IMG/VR virus record: IMGVR_UViG_3300009177_000028
Span: 124,001-188,000 of that record
Reading direction: 5' to 3' (one strand)
DNA length: 64,000 nt
Part shown: one piece after another, positions 29,868 to 38,639 of the stretch
Numbering within the stretch: position 1 is the first letter of the stretch
How the letters are laid out: each line of letters begins with the position of its first letter
The notes under the pieces: generated by a model
What the model saw: the letters and a program-made list of their open reading frames with translations, nothing else
Database searches by the model: none
Told to the model about the DNA's origin: nothing
Made by a program: the position numbers and the translations under genes

Positions 29868-30283
29868 AGCACTTCCAAACCAGAACCTGCCCGCTATGCA
29901 GCAAGAAGCTCAAACTGGGAGACGAAGACTCCCTCCATGACTTCTACTGCGAGGACTTCTACCTTAGAGGATACGGGATGAATGAGTTTTTCCTGCTGCT
30001 AGACGATGCCACTTCCGTCAGCAGTAGGCGCCGTACCCACATAAAGGAGCCCCATTACTCTATTGATGTAACGGAAGGAAAATACCGACAGAGCACTATT
30101 ATTCCTCCGTACTGGATTATCAGTACCGAGGAAGATAACAAGTCTCGCATCTATAAATTTGGACAAGAGATTAGCCTTCCATCAGAACAAACTCTTCTGA
30201 TGGAAGTCCCCCTAATTGTCCCCAGCGACTATCTTCCTGAACAATTCGCTAAGAAGATTAAGAACCTAGTCATCTTTACATGA
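29864..30283 (+). CDS. Zn-ribbon/FS-tag family member 19
   Basis: CPLC; ends KKIKNLVIFT. Confidence 0.8.
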   Translation: MKHFQTRTCPLCSKKLKLGDEDSLHDFYCEDFYLRGYGMNEFFLLLDDATSVSSRRRTHIKEPHYSIDVTEGKYRQSTIIPPYWIISTEEDNKSRIYKFGQEISLPSEQTLLMEVPLIVPSDYLPEQFAKKIKNLVIFT

Positions 30284-30623
30284 AGTGTCTCAGAAGCTCT
30301 TGGAGCCCTGCTATATCGAATGGCTTCTTGAGGTAGGTACCTGGTTTGAATTCCTTGTCGAGATCGGCAGAGGCACTCATAACCACGATGGGGGTAGAGT
30401 TCAGTCCCGCCTTCTTGGCGGCCACTAGAAACTCTCGTCCGCTCATGATGGACATCATCAGGTCAAGCAGGACCAAGCGGGGATGGTGGTCTTGGAGCCA
30501 GTTCAGGGCGTCTTGGCCGTTGTTGCAGGAGGCCATTTCCCACCCACTGTCCTCTAGGACAAAGCCCAGCACTTCTCGGAGGTCGAGGTCGTCATCCACA
30601 ACCAGCACTTGAGGTTTATCCAC
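30276..30623 (-). CDS. Single-domain response regulator (receiver)
   Basis: VLVVDDD; VLLDLMM (phosphoacceptor Asp); VVMSA; KKPF; GTG start just after the kinase stop. Confidence 0.9.
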   Translation of the reverse strand: MDKPQVLVVDDDLDLREVLGFVLEDSGWEMASCNNGQDALNWLQDHHPRLVLLDLMMSIMSGREFLVAAKKAGLNSTPIVVMSASADLDKEFKPGTYLKKPFDIAGLQELLRHFM

Positions 30624-30628
30624 AACTT

Positions 30629-31783
30629 CTACCTTTCTTCCAAAACGCCGCTCATGGGCAGGCACAACCTGAAAACAGACCCAGGCCCATTAGGTGGGTC
30701 GTGAATCTCGATCCGCCCGCCAAGGCTCTTGGCGGCCTCTCCGGCGAGCCAAAGGCCAATCCCCATCCCGGCGTACTGGTCACCCGAGACGGCTCGCTCG
30801 AACCTCTGGAAAATGCGCTTGCGGTCTTTCTCAGGCACACCAATGCCATAGTCCCTCACATCGACCACAACCCAGCCGTCTACATGAGCTACATTGATAT
30901 CAACAGGTTTTCCACAACCATATTTCATCGCGTTGTTGACCAGATTGGTCATAATCTGCTCAACCTTACTGACATCCCAAGTGCCGCGAATGCGCACTTT
31001 TGGCAAGTCAAGGCGAATCTCAATTCCCTGCCGTTTTGCCAAATCGTCATTCCTGAGCACAGTCTCTCGGATGACCTCACACACATCCGCATCTTGGAAC
31101 GTCACTTGCGTGGGACTGGAGCGCCGTGAGACCTCTAGCAGGTCGCGTACAAGAGCGTTGAGCTTTTGTCCAGACCTCTCCACCGCTCCCAACCTCCTCA
31201 GAATCTCTGCCCTTGACAGCTCTTCCTTTGTCAATTTCTGCACCAAGTTCTGCGATGTCAAAAGAATACTAGAGATTGGCGTTTTCAACTCATGAGCTGC
31301 CACTGAGATAAAGTCCTCTCTGATACTAATTGCCTGCTTGAGCTGCTCTCGATATTGAGATAGCTCAGTTATATCAACAAAGGAGACGATTCCTTTGCCA
31401 TCCTTCCCATGAGCTGGAGGGAGAAGCGCACCCTGACAGAGAAAGGTTCGCTTGTTGCCGGTCTCGGCGCAGGTCCAGTTAATCTCATAGGCGGTAAAGG
31501 TCTCACCTCGGGCCACCCGTCTGGAGGGGTAGTCCCTTTCGGCAATTTGACTCCCATCGTTCTCGAAAAGCCCGCCCCGCCATCTTGCCTCATAGAGGCG
31601 AAAGGCTTCCGCATTCTCTTCGATACCGGCCGGCTCCACCTCTGGAACGACGTATTTGAGCGCGGTAGCGTTCGCATACAAGATCCGTGCCGTGTCCAGC
31701 TCGACTACAATAACTGCACTGGGAAGCGTATTCAGTAGCGCTTCCATCCACTTACGATGAGCCTGCTCTTCGAGTGTTATCAT
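30629..31783 (-). CDS. PAS-domain sensor histidine kinase
   Basis: PAS-like N-terminus; H-box AAHELKTPI; N-box NLVNNAMKY; G1 DYGIGV; F-box IFQRF; G2 GMGIGL; GAGGG upstream of ATG 31783. Confidence 0.93.
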   Translation of the reverse strand: MITLEEQAHRKWMEALLNTLPSAVIVVELDTARILYANATALKYVVPEVEPAGIEENAEAFRLYEARWRGGLFENDGSQIAERDYPSRRVARGETFTAYEINWTCAETGNKRTFLCQGALLPPAHGKDGKGIVSFVDITELSQYREQLKQAISIREDFISVAAHELKTPISSILLTSQNLVQKLTKEELSRAEILRRLGAVERSGQKLNALVRDLLEVSRRSSPTQVTFQDADVCEVIRETVLRNDDLAKRQGIEIRLDLPKVRIRGTWDVSKVEQIMTNLVNNAMKYGCGKPVDINVAHVDGWVVVDVRDYGIGVPEKDRKRIFQRFERAVSGDQYAGMGIGLWLAGEAAKSLGGRIEIHDPPNGPGSVFRLCLPMSGVLEER

Positions 31784-31915
31784 GCGGTACCCCTCAGAGA
31801 CTGTATGACCATGTCTCAGCAAGACGCAAGCACAATCGCCCAGCAAAAATCATGCCATGTTGCCTTTTGCCCCACCTGTGGTTAATTTTCCATCAGGAAC
31901 TGGAATCTGAATTTT

Positions 31916-32329
31916 ATGAACTGCCCACTCTGCCAAACACCGCTTTCTATTGATGCTAGCGATGTGTATAAAGATCATCCAACTTATAAATGTCCCATTC
32001 AAGTTAGTGGAGACGAATATACTCATTCCACTCATTACATCAAATACTTTTCGGCAGATTGGACCTACTCCCATTACAGAGAAGAGGCTGTCCTCCCACC
32101 CTACCGATTGATTAATTATTATAATTTTCGACAGGGCAAGAGTGATTACTCTGCTATCCAGGAGTATAAGTTTGTCAAGCATGCCCTCCAAAAGAATGGT
32201 CAGGTCAAGCGCTTCCCTTGCTTCGACCGATATAAGTTTCAAACGTTGATGCGCTTCGATCAATGCCTCTCCATCCCAGATAGTGAACACTTCGTCAATC
32301 GAATCAAAACCCTCTTGGTCTTCTCATGA
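31916..32329 (+). CDS. Zn-ribbon/FS-tag family member 20
   Basis: CPLC; ends NRIKTLLVFS. Confidence 0.8.
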   Translation: MNCPLCQTPLSIDASDVYKDHPTYKCPIQVSGDEYTHSTHYIKYFSADWTYSHYREEAVLPPYRLINYYNFRQGKSDYSAIQEYKFVKHALQKNGQVKRFPCFDRYKFQTLMRFDQCLSIPDSEHFVNRIKTLLVFS

Positions 32330-32685
32330 GAACTTGTCCATTATGTAATAAAACTCTAATTAAGCAATCGGCCCAAGATGCTTGTGGGTACCAAGAGGAT
32401 TGGTATTGTCCCGATGAGCTTCGTTTGGCCTCGGGACGTAAAGTCAATCACTATCGAGAATATCCTGAATTAGGATACACCGATATATACTTACCGCCCT
32501 ACCGCATCCGCAATCAAGATGGTCAATCCAAAATTGGTTATCTCTCCCAGTACAAAACTAAACGAAGAGTTCGTACTACTAGAGGGAAATACTATTTCAA
32601 AACCATCATCACCTGCCCACAACTCCACCCAGATACCGAAGAGAAACTTCTTAATAGAGTTAAACTCCTCCTATTAATATCATGA
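32326..32685 (+). CDS. Zn-ribbon/FS-tag family member 21
   Basis: CPLC; ends NRVKLLLLIS. Confidence 0.8.
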   Translation: MRTCPLCNKTLIKQSAQDACGYQEDWYCPDELRLASGRKVNHYREYPELGYTDIYLPPYRIRNQDGQSKIGYLSQYKTKRRVRTTRGKYYFKTIITCPQLHPDTEEKLLNRVKLLLLIS

Positions 32686-33062
32686 TGAATGGATTCAATC
32701 AATATCTTTGCGACTTTTGCCAGCAACCTTGCAGACGATCCACTGGAGCTAAAGAGTATGGGAAACATGCCCGATGGCAACGCTGCCTCTCATGCAAAGT
32801 CTCCTACGCCATTAGCCTAACAGGGCAAGTCAAATGCCGAATCTTTCGAGGCCCTGGAGAGGATGAATTCTATCAACTTAGAATCAATTACAAAGAGAAT
32901 ATTTCTACCATCTGCTTCCTTAAAAAGGATAGTTGGATGTATAACAACCGCAAACAAACTACTTATAACTCAACCCAAATAGTTACCTTGGATCATTGCA
33001 TTAAAGATATCTCGCCCCAAAATGTCCAAGATAAAATCAAATTGTATATTCTATTCTCATGA
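32682..33062 (+). CDS. Zn-ribbon/FS-tag family member 22
   Basis: CDFC; CLSC; ends DKIKLYILFS. Confidence 0.8.
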   Translation: MMNGFNQYLCDFCQQPCRRSTGAKEYGKHARWQRCLSCKVSYAISLTGQVKCRIFRGPGEDEFYQLRINYKENISTICFLKKDSWMYNNRKQTTYNSTQIVTLDHCIKDISPQNVQDKIKLYILFS

Positions 33063-33421
33063 TTAAATGTCATTTCTGCCAACGAACTTGCCGTAAGGTG
33101 GTTCCCAATCAAAAAGAATTTGATCGCACTCCCTACTGGCGCTGCGATTATCATGGCTCAACCGTTGTTAGACAATATTACATCTCCGTTCAAGCGGAAC
33201 CACTTTGCCTATCTCATATTGGTTTGATTACCTATTATAAAGATCTTCAATATGGAGCCTATCTTTTCTTTGATGAAGCTCACTTCCCCCATAAATTTAG
33301 AATCGATAAGATTAATCCATATCCACGGACCACTCAAACCGTTATGACCCTGGACTTCCATCCAGATATCACACCGGAAAATGTCCAGCAGAAACTCCCG
33401 ACCTATATTATGTTCTCATGA
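33059..33421 (+). CDS. Zn-ribbon/FS-tag family member 23
   Basis: CHFC; CDYH; ends QKLPTYIMFS. Confidence 0.8.
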   Translation: MIKCHFCQRTCRKVVPNQKEFDRTPYWRCDYHGSTVVRQYYISVQAEPLCLSHIGLITYYKDLQYGAYLFFDEAHFPHKFRIDKINPYPRTTQTVMTLDFHPDITPENVQQKLPTYIMFS

Positions 33422-33756
33422 ATTACTATTGCCTCTTCTGCGATCAACGATGCAAGAAAACTCACCCGGAAGCCTCCTGGTGGAAATGCAGGCCATGCAA
33501 GGTCTCCTTCCATGATGATGACAATGGCCTTTGGAAAATTTCTTTCTCCGTCAACAAACCAGATGCCCTTTATACCTTGGACTTGCTCCTCAATGAAAAT
33601 AAAACCGAGCTGTATGTCCTGGGCAGAGATCCCGTTCCCTCCATTATCGATTCCATTATGAATGGAAAGCTAACCATCTCCCTCCCCTCCATTATGCAAA
33701 ATGTTAATCCCAATAACGTGGCGGATAAAGTAAAAACATTATTGGTCTTCTCCTGA
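33418..33756 (+). CDS. Zn-ribbon/FS-tag family member 24
   Basis: CLFC; CRPC; ends DKVKTLLVFS. Confidence 0.8.
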   Translation: MNYYCLFCDQRCKKTHPEASWWKCRPCKVSFHDDDNGLWKISFSVNKPDALYTLDLLLNENKTELYVLGRDPVPSIIDSIMNGKLTISLPSIMQNVNPNNVADKVKTLLVFS

Positions 33757-33802
33757 AATTTGCCACGACACAAAGTTTCATTCGATCCGCCCCATTTCGC
33801 GC

Positions 33803-34165
33803 ATGCACCTCAAAACCATTAGCTGCCAACAACGCTGGAGATACTACTGCCCCTTCTGCGACCAAGATATCACCCCGCCCGATGGCTACACCATCAGCAG
33901 CTTCATCCAATGCCAATTCTGCCCCGTCACCACCAACTTGATCGTCAATGGCTCCATTTCCAATCCCAATATCGCCTATATCCAATTCCAGCAAGACCAG
34001 TTCATGATCGAACTCAATCAGGATGACCAAACCACGGCCCTCTTTGCCGGTCCCGTCAATGCTAGGCTTTCCCAAATGCTCAAGCTAAGCTACCTGGTCC
34101 CCGTCAATCCAAACAATTTCCACAATTGGCTAAGCAAGCTGCTCAACCTAAAAGCTTTCTCTTAA
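33803..34165 (+). CDS. Zn-ribbon/FS-tag family member 25
   Basis: CPFC; CQFC; ends SKLLNLKAFS. Confidence 0.75.
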   Translation: MHLKTISCQQRWRYYCPFCDQDITPPDGYTISSFIQCQFCPVTTNLIVNGSISNPNIAYIQFQQDQFMIELNQDDQTTALFAGPVNARLSQMLKLSYLVPVNPNNFHNWLSKLLNLKAFS

Positions 34166-34806
34166 GGCTCTCGATTATAAACCGAATCCCCATAAATGCA
34201 ATAATTCAAATTGCCCATCGGTAAATGCTGATAAACCGCCACTCGCCTCAATGCCTCATAATCCACGCACCTGGCCTCCGCCCAATTAAACATCGGCTGC
34301 ATCAAATAGACATCATCATGCTGCGCTCCCAGCAAATGTCCCATCTCATGCAAAGCAATCCCCGTCACCCACTGATTGTACATGCGGTCGCGAATCATCC
34401 ACATGCGGTTGCCGCCAATCTCATTGGCCCAAGCTAATGTATACGACTTGCCATGCTTGGTCTTGTCTAACTCCGTTACCATGGAATTGCTGCTGTCCGT
34501 CTTCATGACCAACCAGCAATTGCCCAATAAACATTGCTTGATAATCTCCGGCTCCATATCAAATCGATAATTAACAACCCGCAACTTAACATACCCGTTC
34601 AAGGCGTAATTCCATTGAGTAATCGCATCGTCAATGGCAAGCTTATCCGCCTCTCCAAAGTTCTTATCCATGTAAATGGAAATAACCTTCAACGGAACGG
34701 GTGAATATCCACCCGCGTTAATATAATGAAACGGCTCCAGCCCTCGATGAGCAAAACATCCAACCGCTAAATACACTGCTAGTAAGATTACTAAAAGTCG
34801 TTTCAT
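34162..34806 (-). CDS. Matrixin-like (metzincin) zinc metalloprotease, probable lipoprotein
   Basis: HEMGHLLGAQH (HExxHxxGxxH) followed by Met-turn YLMQP; signal MKRLLVILLAVYLAVGC. Confidence 0.88.
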   Translation of the reverse strand: MKRLLVILLAVYLAVGCFAHRGLEPFHYINAGGYSPVPLKVISIYMDKNFGEADKLAIDDAITQWNYALNGYVKLRVVNYRFDMEPEIIKQCLLGNCWLVMKTDSSNSMVTELDKTKHGKSYTLAWANEIGGNRMWMIRDRMYNQWVTGIALHEMGHLLGAQHDDVYLMQPMFNWAEARCVDYEALRRVAVYQHLPMGNLNYCIYGDSVYNREP

Positions 34807-34818
34807 AAACCATCTCCC

Positions 34819-35583
34819 TTACTTCTTAGATAAATCAGGAGCTGGCTCGTGATACTCTTTCACCATCTTCTTAACTGAATCCAAATGAACATAATAGTTC
34901 ATAAATGGAACTCTAGTTAACCTGGAACAAATTCCAACTAGGTTTCCAGAGCTATCAAAAACTCCACCACCAGAATTGCCAAACCAAATAGTTGCATTAA
35001 CCTGAACTACCTTGCCAATTCCTGAACTCTCGTCTCCACGATAAGCAGAAACAGTTCCCTCAGCATGCGTGTAATACATTCCCTTAGGATGTCCGACAGA
35101 ATAAACATGCTCTCCCAATGCTGGCATCTCGCTGGCAAATCCAACTGCCTCGTGCTCTGGTAATCCACCAACGTCTGCTTTAATCAATGCCAAATCATGA
35201 TCCGCATCAAAGGCAACTACCTTGGCCTTGTGAATAGCAGCAGGATCATCCATCACTTCCTTGACTTCCTTGCTAGTTACATAGTAAGTCTTCTCTCCAA
35301 CTGGATCCGCTCCCTCTTCACGAGCTACACAGTGTCCTGCCGTAACAATCTCGTCTTGGCTAATCCAAACTCCTGTGCAGTGCGGACGAATATCCACGCT
35401 GGCATTATCAATCTCCCCATTCTCATCCTTGTGAAGAGTGACCTTAAAATGAACTAAAGCTACCGTGCTCTCTCCAATATGCGCATGTAACGCATCTGGA
35501 CTCTTCACCGGTGTCTTAAGTGATGAACCACAACCTACTAAGCCTAACACCATCGCTAGTGTAATTACCAATAAACGTTTCAT
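34819..35583 (-). CDS. Trypsin-like (S1) serine protease, probable lipoprotein
   Basis: TAGHC; DHDLALIK; GNSGGGV (His-Asp-Ser triad); signal MKRLLVITLAMVLGLVGC. Confidence 0.9.
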   Translation of the reverse strand: MKRLLVITLAMVLGLVGCGSSLKTPVKSPDALHAHIGESTVALVHFKVTLHKDENGEIDNASVDIRPHCTGVWISQDEIVTAGHCVAREEGADPVGEKTYYVTSKEVKEVMDDPAAIHKAKVVAFDADHDLALIKADVGGLPEHEAVGFASEMPALGEHVYSVGHPKGMYYTHAEGTVSAYRGDESSGIGKVVQVNATIWFGNSGGGVFDSSGNLVGICSRLTRVPFMNYYVHLDSVKKMVKEYHEPAPDLSKK

Positions 35584-35696
35584 GCAGTACGTCCTAAATT
35601 TTCAAAAGACTCCCCAATCGAAGCCCAATTAAGAAAAATACCAGATTATCCCCAATTGTTTCCAATATTTCACAAAACTAAGACAGATGTAATTTA

Positions 35697-36239
35697 TTAG
35701 ATTATAGATTGAATCACTTGGTGTAAACAACCCACTGCCTTGGTTCCCCTAATAATAATCCCGGCATGGTAATCATAATCCCCTTGGTCATTGTAATCAT
35801 GCCAGCATTCCAATAACTCCCCTGCCCCCATTACCCTGTACATCCCAGCCACGGATGGATCCATTAAATAAACTAATCCATTCTTAATTCCTACCAAAAC
35901 TACATAGTGCCCATCATCCCAAACCTCAGACATCTTAGTCTCTGCCGTATAACTACCCCACGCCTGAATACTCAAGATAACCGTATATCCCTCAGCCGTT
36001 AATCCCTGTAACTCCTCCAGAGTCATATTAGATTTACTGTAGGCAGTTAATCCATAGTTCCTAGCCCCTGCTATCAATCCTTCCCCTGAGGTTCCTTCAT
36101 CGGTGGTCCCCAGTAAATCGTATAGCTCTGGCTCTCGGCCATCCCAAACGCCCCAATAGTATAAACAACTGGCTAAACTAGCTGCCCCACAACTGTAGTC
36201 ATAGGCTTGGCGGACTATAGGTAAATAGATTAAGCTCAT
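35697..36239 (-). CDS. Peptidase C39-like cysteine protease
   Basis: Q..DYSCGAASLA; GHYVVLVG; YLMDPS. Confidence 0.85.
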   Translation of the reverse strand: MSLIYLPIVRQAYDYSCGAASLASCLYYWGVWDGREPELYDLLGTTDEGTSGEGLIAGARNYGLTAYSKSNMTLEELQGLTAEGYTVILSIQAWGSYTAETKMSEVWDDGHYVVLVGIKNGLVYLMDPSVAGMYRVMGAGELLECWHDYNDQGDYDYHAGIIIRGTKAVGCLHQVIQSII

Positions 36240-36630
36240 TTAGATTACTTCCTTTGAGTGGTTGGGGCGCGGTTAGCGCCCTCTCTTATGCCAGTCTATC
36301 CCGTTAGGTATGGGGTGATTATATCTGTATTGCTACATAGGGTCACATATGGCAACGTATGGTCATATATGGTCATTAATTAGATCTTTTATAATGGTAT
36401 AAGATGCTTATTACTTTTAATAAGTGGGAAATGGTGGGATGGGGTGGCATTTTATGGGAAAGTAATATATATTTTATCGTATTGGTCGTTTTGGTAATGT
36501 ATATGTTAGTTGGAGATGGCCCACAGGCTGTGTGATTTGGTGTTTGACCCCTGTTTGGGAGGCGCCATCCCACCCCGCACGACAGTCTCCCACCTTTTTC
36601 GGGCGGCTCCAATGTAGGTGGTATGAGTTA

Positions 36631-36806
36631 TGCAATATGCAATCATGCCAACTACATCGTAATCAATGTAGGATAATCTCTTTTATTTATCTATACTGTG
36701 TGATGAATACTTTTTATTATTATCATTCATCACATGTAGTATATTTTTATTTATTAGAGGAATGTGGTTGGTATGCCGTTTGCAATATGCAATCATGCCA
36801 ACTACA
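36631..36806 (-). repeat. Two identical 26-bp direct repeats (36631-36656, 36781-36806) flanking an AT-rich tract; each holds the 22-bp motif on the minus strand
   Basis: tgcaatatgcaatcatgccaactaca occurs twice, 150 bp apart. Confidence 0.9.
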
Positions 36807-36846
36807 GGTAGGATAAGCAGCAGAAAGCCCCTGAAACCTGGGCGGT

Positions 36847-36862
36847 TGGCATGAAACCTGCA
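36847..36862 (+). promoter_or_regulatory. Candidate sigma54 (-24/-12) promoter
   Basis: TGGCATG-aaac-CTGCA fits TGGCACG-N4-TTGC spacing. Confidence 0.4.
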
Positions 36863-36880
36863 ATTAGCAAGCGTGCCAAC
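36859..36880 (-). promoter_or_regulatory. 22-bp motif copy (GTTGGCACGCTTGCTAATTGCA)
   Basis: Reverse complement matches the repeated consensus. Confidence 0.65.
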
Positions 36881-36947
36881 TACCTGGGCGGGGCGAGTAG
36901 GAGGTCCACCTACCCCAAGCGGGCGCCTCTCTCGTGTGTCGAGCATG

Positions 36948-37031
36948 CCGCGCAACGGCCGATCGTGGCGCGCTAGTGGCGCGGTAGCGCAAGGATCGGC
37001 CGCTAGTGGCGCGGTACCGCGCAACGGCCGA
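36948..37031. repeat. Nested GC-rich direct repeats
   Basis: ccgcgcaacggccga at 36948 and 37017; cgctagtggcgcggta at 36971 and 37001. Confidence 0.85.
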
Positions 37032-37303
37032 AAGCGCACTAGAAGAGCGCCTAGCGCGACCCTAGCCTATGACACCAAGATCATACCCCGGATGTAGTCA
37101 AAGGTCATGAGCTGTCGTTCAATGTTGCTCGAAAAAGGCTAATGGTTTCGTAGGGTAGACCTACATTATCCGCCAAAACTTTCGGAATTCGTCATGGTAG
37201 TTTCTTTTCCTACATCGCAATTAGTTGCTGAATTCCGACCAACCAGGACACAAAGATCATTGTGGGATAAGATGCTACACCAATGATATCATATAGTTAC
37301 AGT

Positions 37304-37319
37304 TGGCACCGACCCTGCA
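37304..37319 (+). promoter_or_regulatory. Candidate sigma54 promoter upstream of the early gene run
   Basis: TGGCACC-gacc-CTGCA with canonical GG/GC spacing. Confidence 0.45.
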
Positions 37320-37419
37320 ATGACCCCTAGACGCAACGGGAACGGATGAGAGCAGGGGTCACGCGGGCGGATCGCCCGCGCAGCCTGACAGCGCACATGG
37401 TGCGCGCTGTCGCTCGATG

Positions 37420-37432
37420 TGGTCTTTGACAA
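37420..37432 (+). promoter_or_regulatory. boxA-like antitermination sequence
   Basis: tggtctttgacaa resembles rrn boxA (TGCTCTTTAACAA); preceded by GC-rich hairpins at 37362-37380 and 37388-37411. Confidence 0.35.
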
Positions 37433-37964
37433 TCTAAACGTCTCACACGGGCGCCTCATGTGCGCCTACAGCGCGCGCCTAGCGCGTGTGCCTCCTACCT
37501 ACGGTAAGGGACAGTGTGCGATAGCGGCGACCATATAGGTCCGCTCCTACCGCGTCCCACAATCACCGAGTAGCGCACACAACCGAAGCCACTGTGGGTT
37601 ACATGCGGAAGATGTGTGGGCCAGGTGACCCGTCCTACATTCACTCCACACGGGAGACGATGTAGGCTACCCTCACCTAGTGTACGAATCCCGAGGAGGG
37701 ATAAACCGTAGGTAGGGCAATGTCCTGCTAGAGCCGACAATGTAGGCCGCGGTGAGGCGGTATGAGTCCGCAGCGTACGAATCAAGAGACTAAACGACTA
37801 TGTGGGAGGGACGCCTAGAGTGTCCTTCCCCCGTAGCGTAAAGCCTACAAGGTAAGTAACTCTCTCCAAGTCTACGGTATTGGAGTAGGAGAGAACACCT
37901 TGTGAGCTTTACGCTGCGATCATCGCAGAGTGTCCCACAACAGCAGACAACAGGAGCCAACATC

Positions 37965-38537
37965 ATGAGCCAGACCACCAGCAACGACAGCGCCGTCAAG
38001 TCGACCACCATCTCCTCCGATGTGGAGGAGCGTCTCACCGCCACCTTCAAGACCCTTCACCATCTCGTCTCCACCCACATGGTGAGTGCGGGTGCGAAGC
38101 TCACCTTCATGTCGGAGTTCGAGAAGTGTGGGATGGAGGACTACAAGGAGGTCGCGCATGCGGCACGGAAGCTGCTCGGCGCCAAGCGTCAGGAAAAGTG
38201 GGAGAACCGCATCAAGGGGATCCGTGCGGGGATCCAGGGTGTGGTCGACACCTACATGAACCGCAAACGTGCGGCCAAGGCGCAGTTCGACGCACTCCCG
38301 GAGGAGTTGCGCGCAGAAGGTGTGACCTTCAACCCCAACGTCTCCATCCCGGTGAAGGAGCTTGTGGGATGCTTCCCGCAGGGTGCGACCCAGGAGCAGA
38401 TCCTCCGAGACCTGAAGGATCTCTCCTACAACGTCATCCAGAATGCGGAAAAGGCGTACCTCATCCGCGTTGCCTTCGTTGCCGACAAGGTGGCAGACGA
38501 GGCGCCCAAGTCGGAGAAGACCGCCAAGGCGGCCTGA
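37965..38537 (+). CDS. Early hypothetical protein, ends -KAA
   Basis: CAGGAG RBS before ATG 37965; GC3-rich codons. Confidence 0.75.
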   Translation: MSQTTSNDSAVKSTTISSDVEERLTATFKTLHHLVSTHMVSAGAKLTFMSEFEKCGMEDYKEVAHAARKLLGAKRQEKWENRIKGIRAGIQGVVDTYMNRKRAAKAQFDALPEELRAEGVTFNPNVSIPVKELVGCFPQGATQEQILRDLKDLSYNVIQNAEKAYLIRVAFVADKVADEAPKSEKTAKAA

Positions 38538-38560
38538 GCGCGCAGCGTTCCGCTGAGTCT

Positions 38561-38614
38561 CCTACATCCTGCTCCCAACTGCTCCCATGTGGGGTGGTTG
38601 GGGGCAGTCGTAGG
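38561..38614 (+). repeat. Conserved intergenic stem-loop copy 1
   Basis: CCTAC-ATC-CTGCTCCCAAC...GTTGGGGGCAG-TC-GTAGG. Confidence 0.8.
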
Positions 38615-38639
38615 CGAGTCAACCACCAAGGAGGTTCAT

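Noticed and set aside
17854-34165. TTCTCATGA as a DNA recombination site (integron or shufflon-like) explaining the FS ends
   Set aside because: Synonymous variation and retention of FS without overlap point to protein-level selection; no recombinase in the window.
36631-36806. CRISPR array from the 26-bp direct repeat
   Set aside because: Only two copies, a 124-bp gap, and no cas genes.
36376-37785. Tracked ORFs in the switch region
   Set aside because: Low-complexity or repeat-derived, no RBS, no motifs; treated as non-coding.
36240-37964. Prophage/host junction or chimera
   Set aside because: Both sides are phage-like, both carry myxobacterial hallmarks, the 22-bp motif occurs in both the AT-rich and GC-rich parts, and there is no integrase or att/tRNA; only long reads can fully exclude it.
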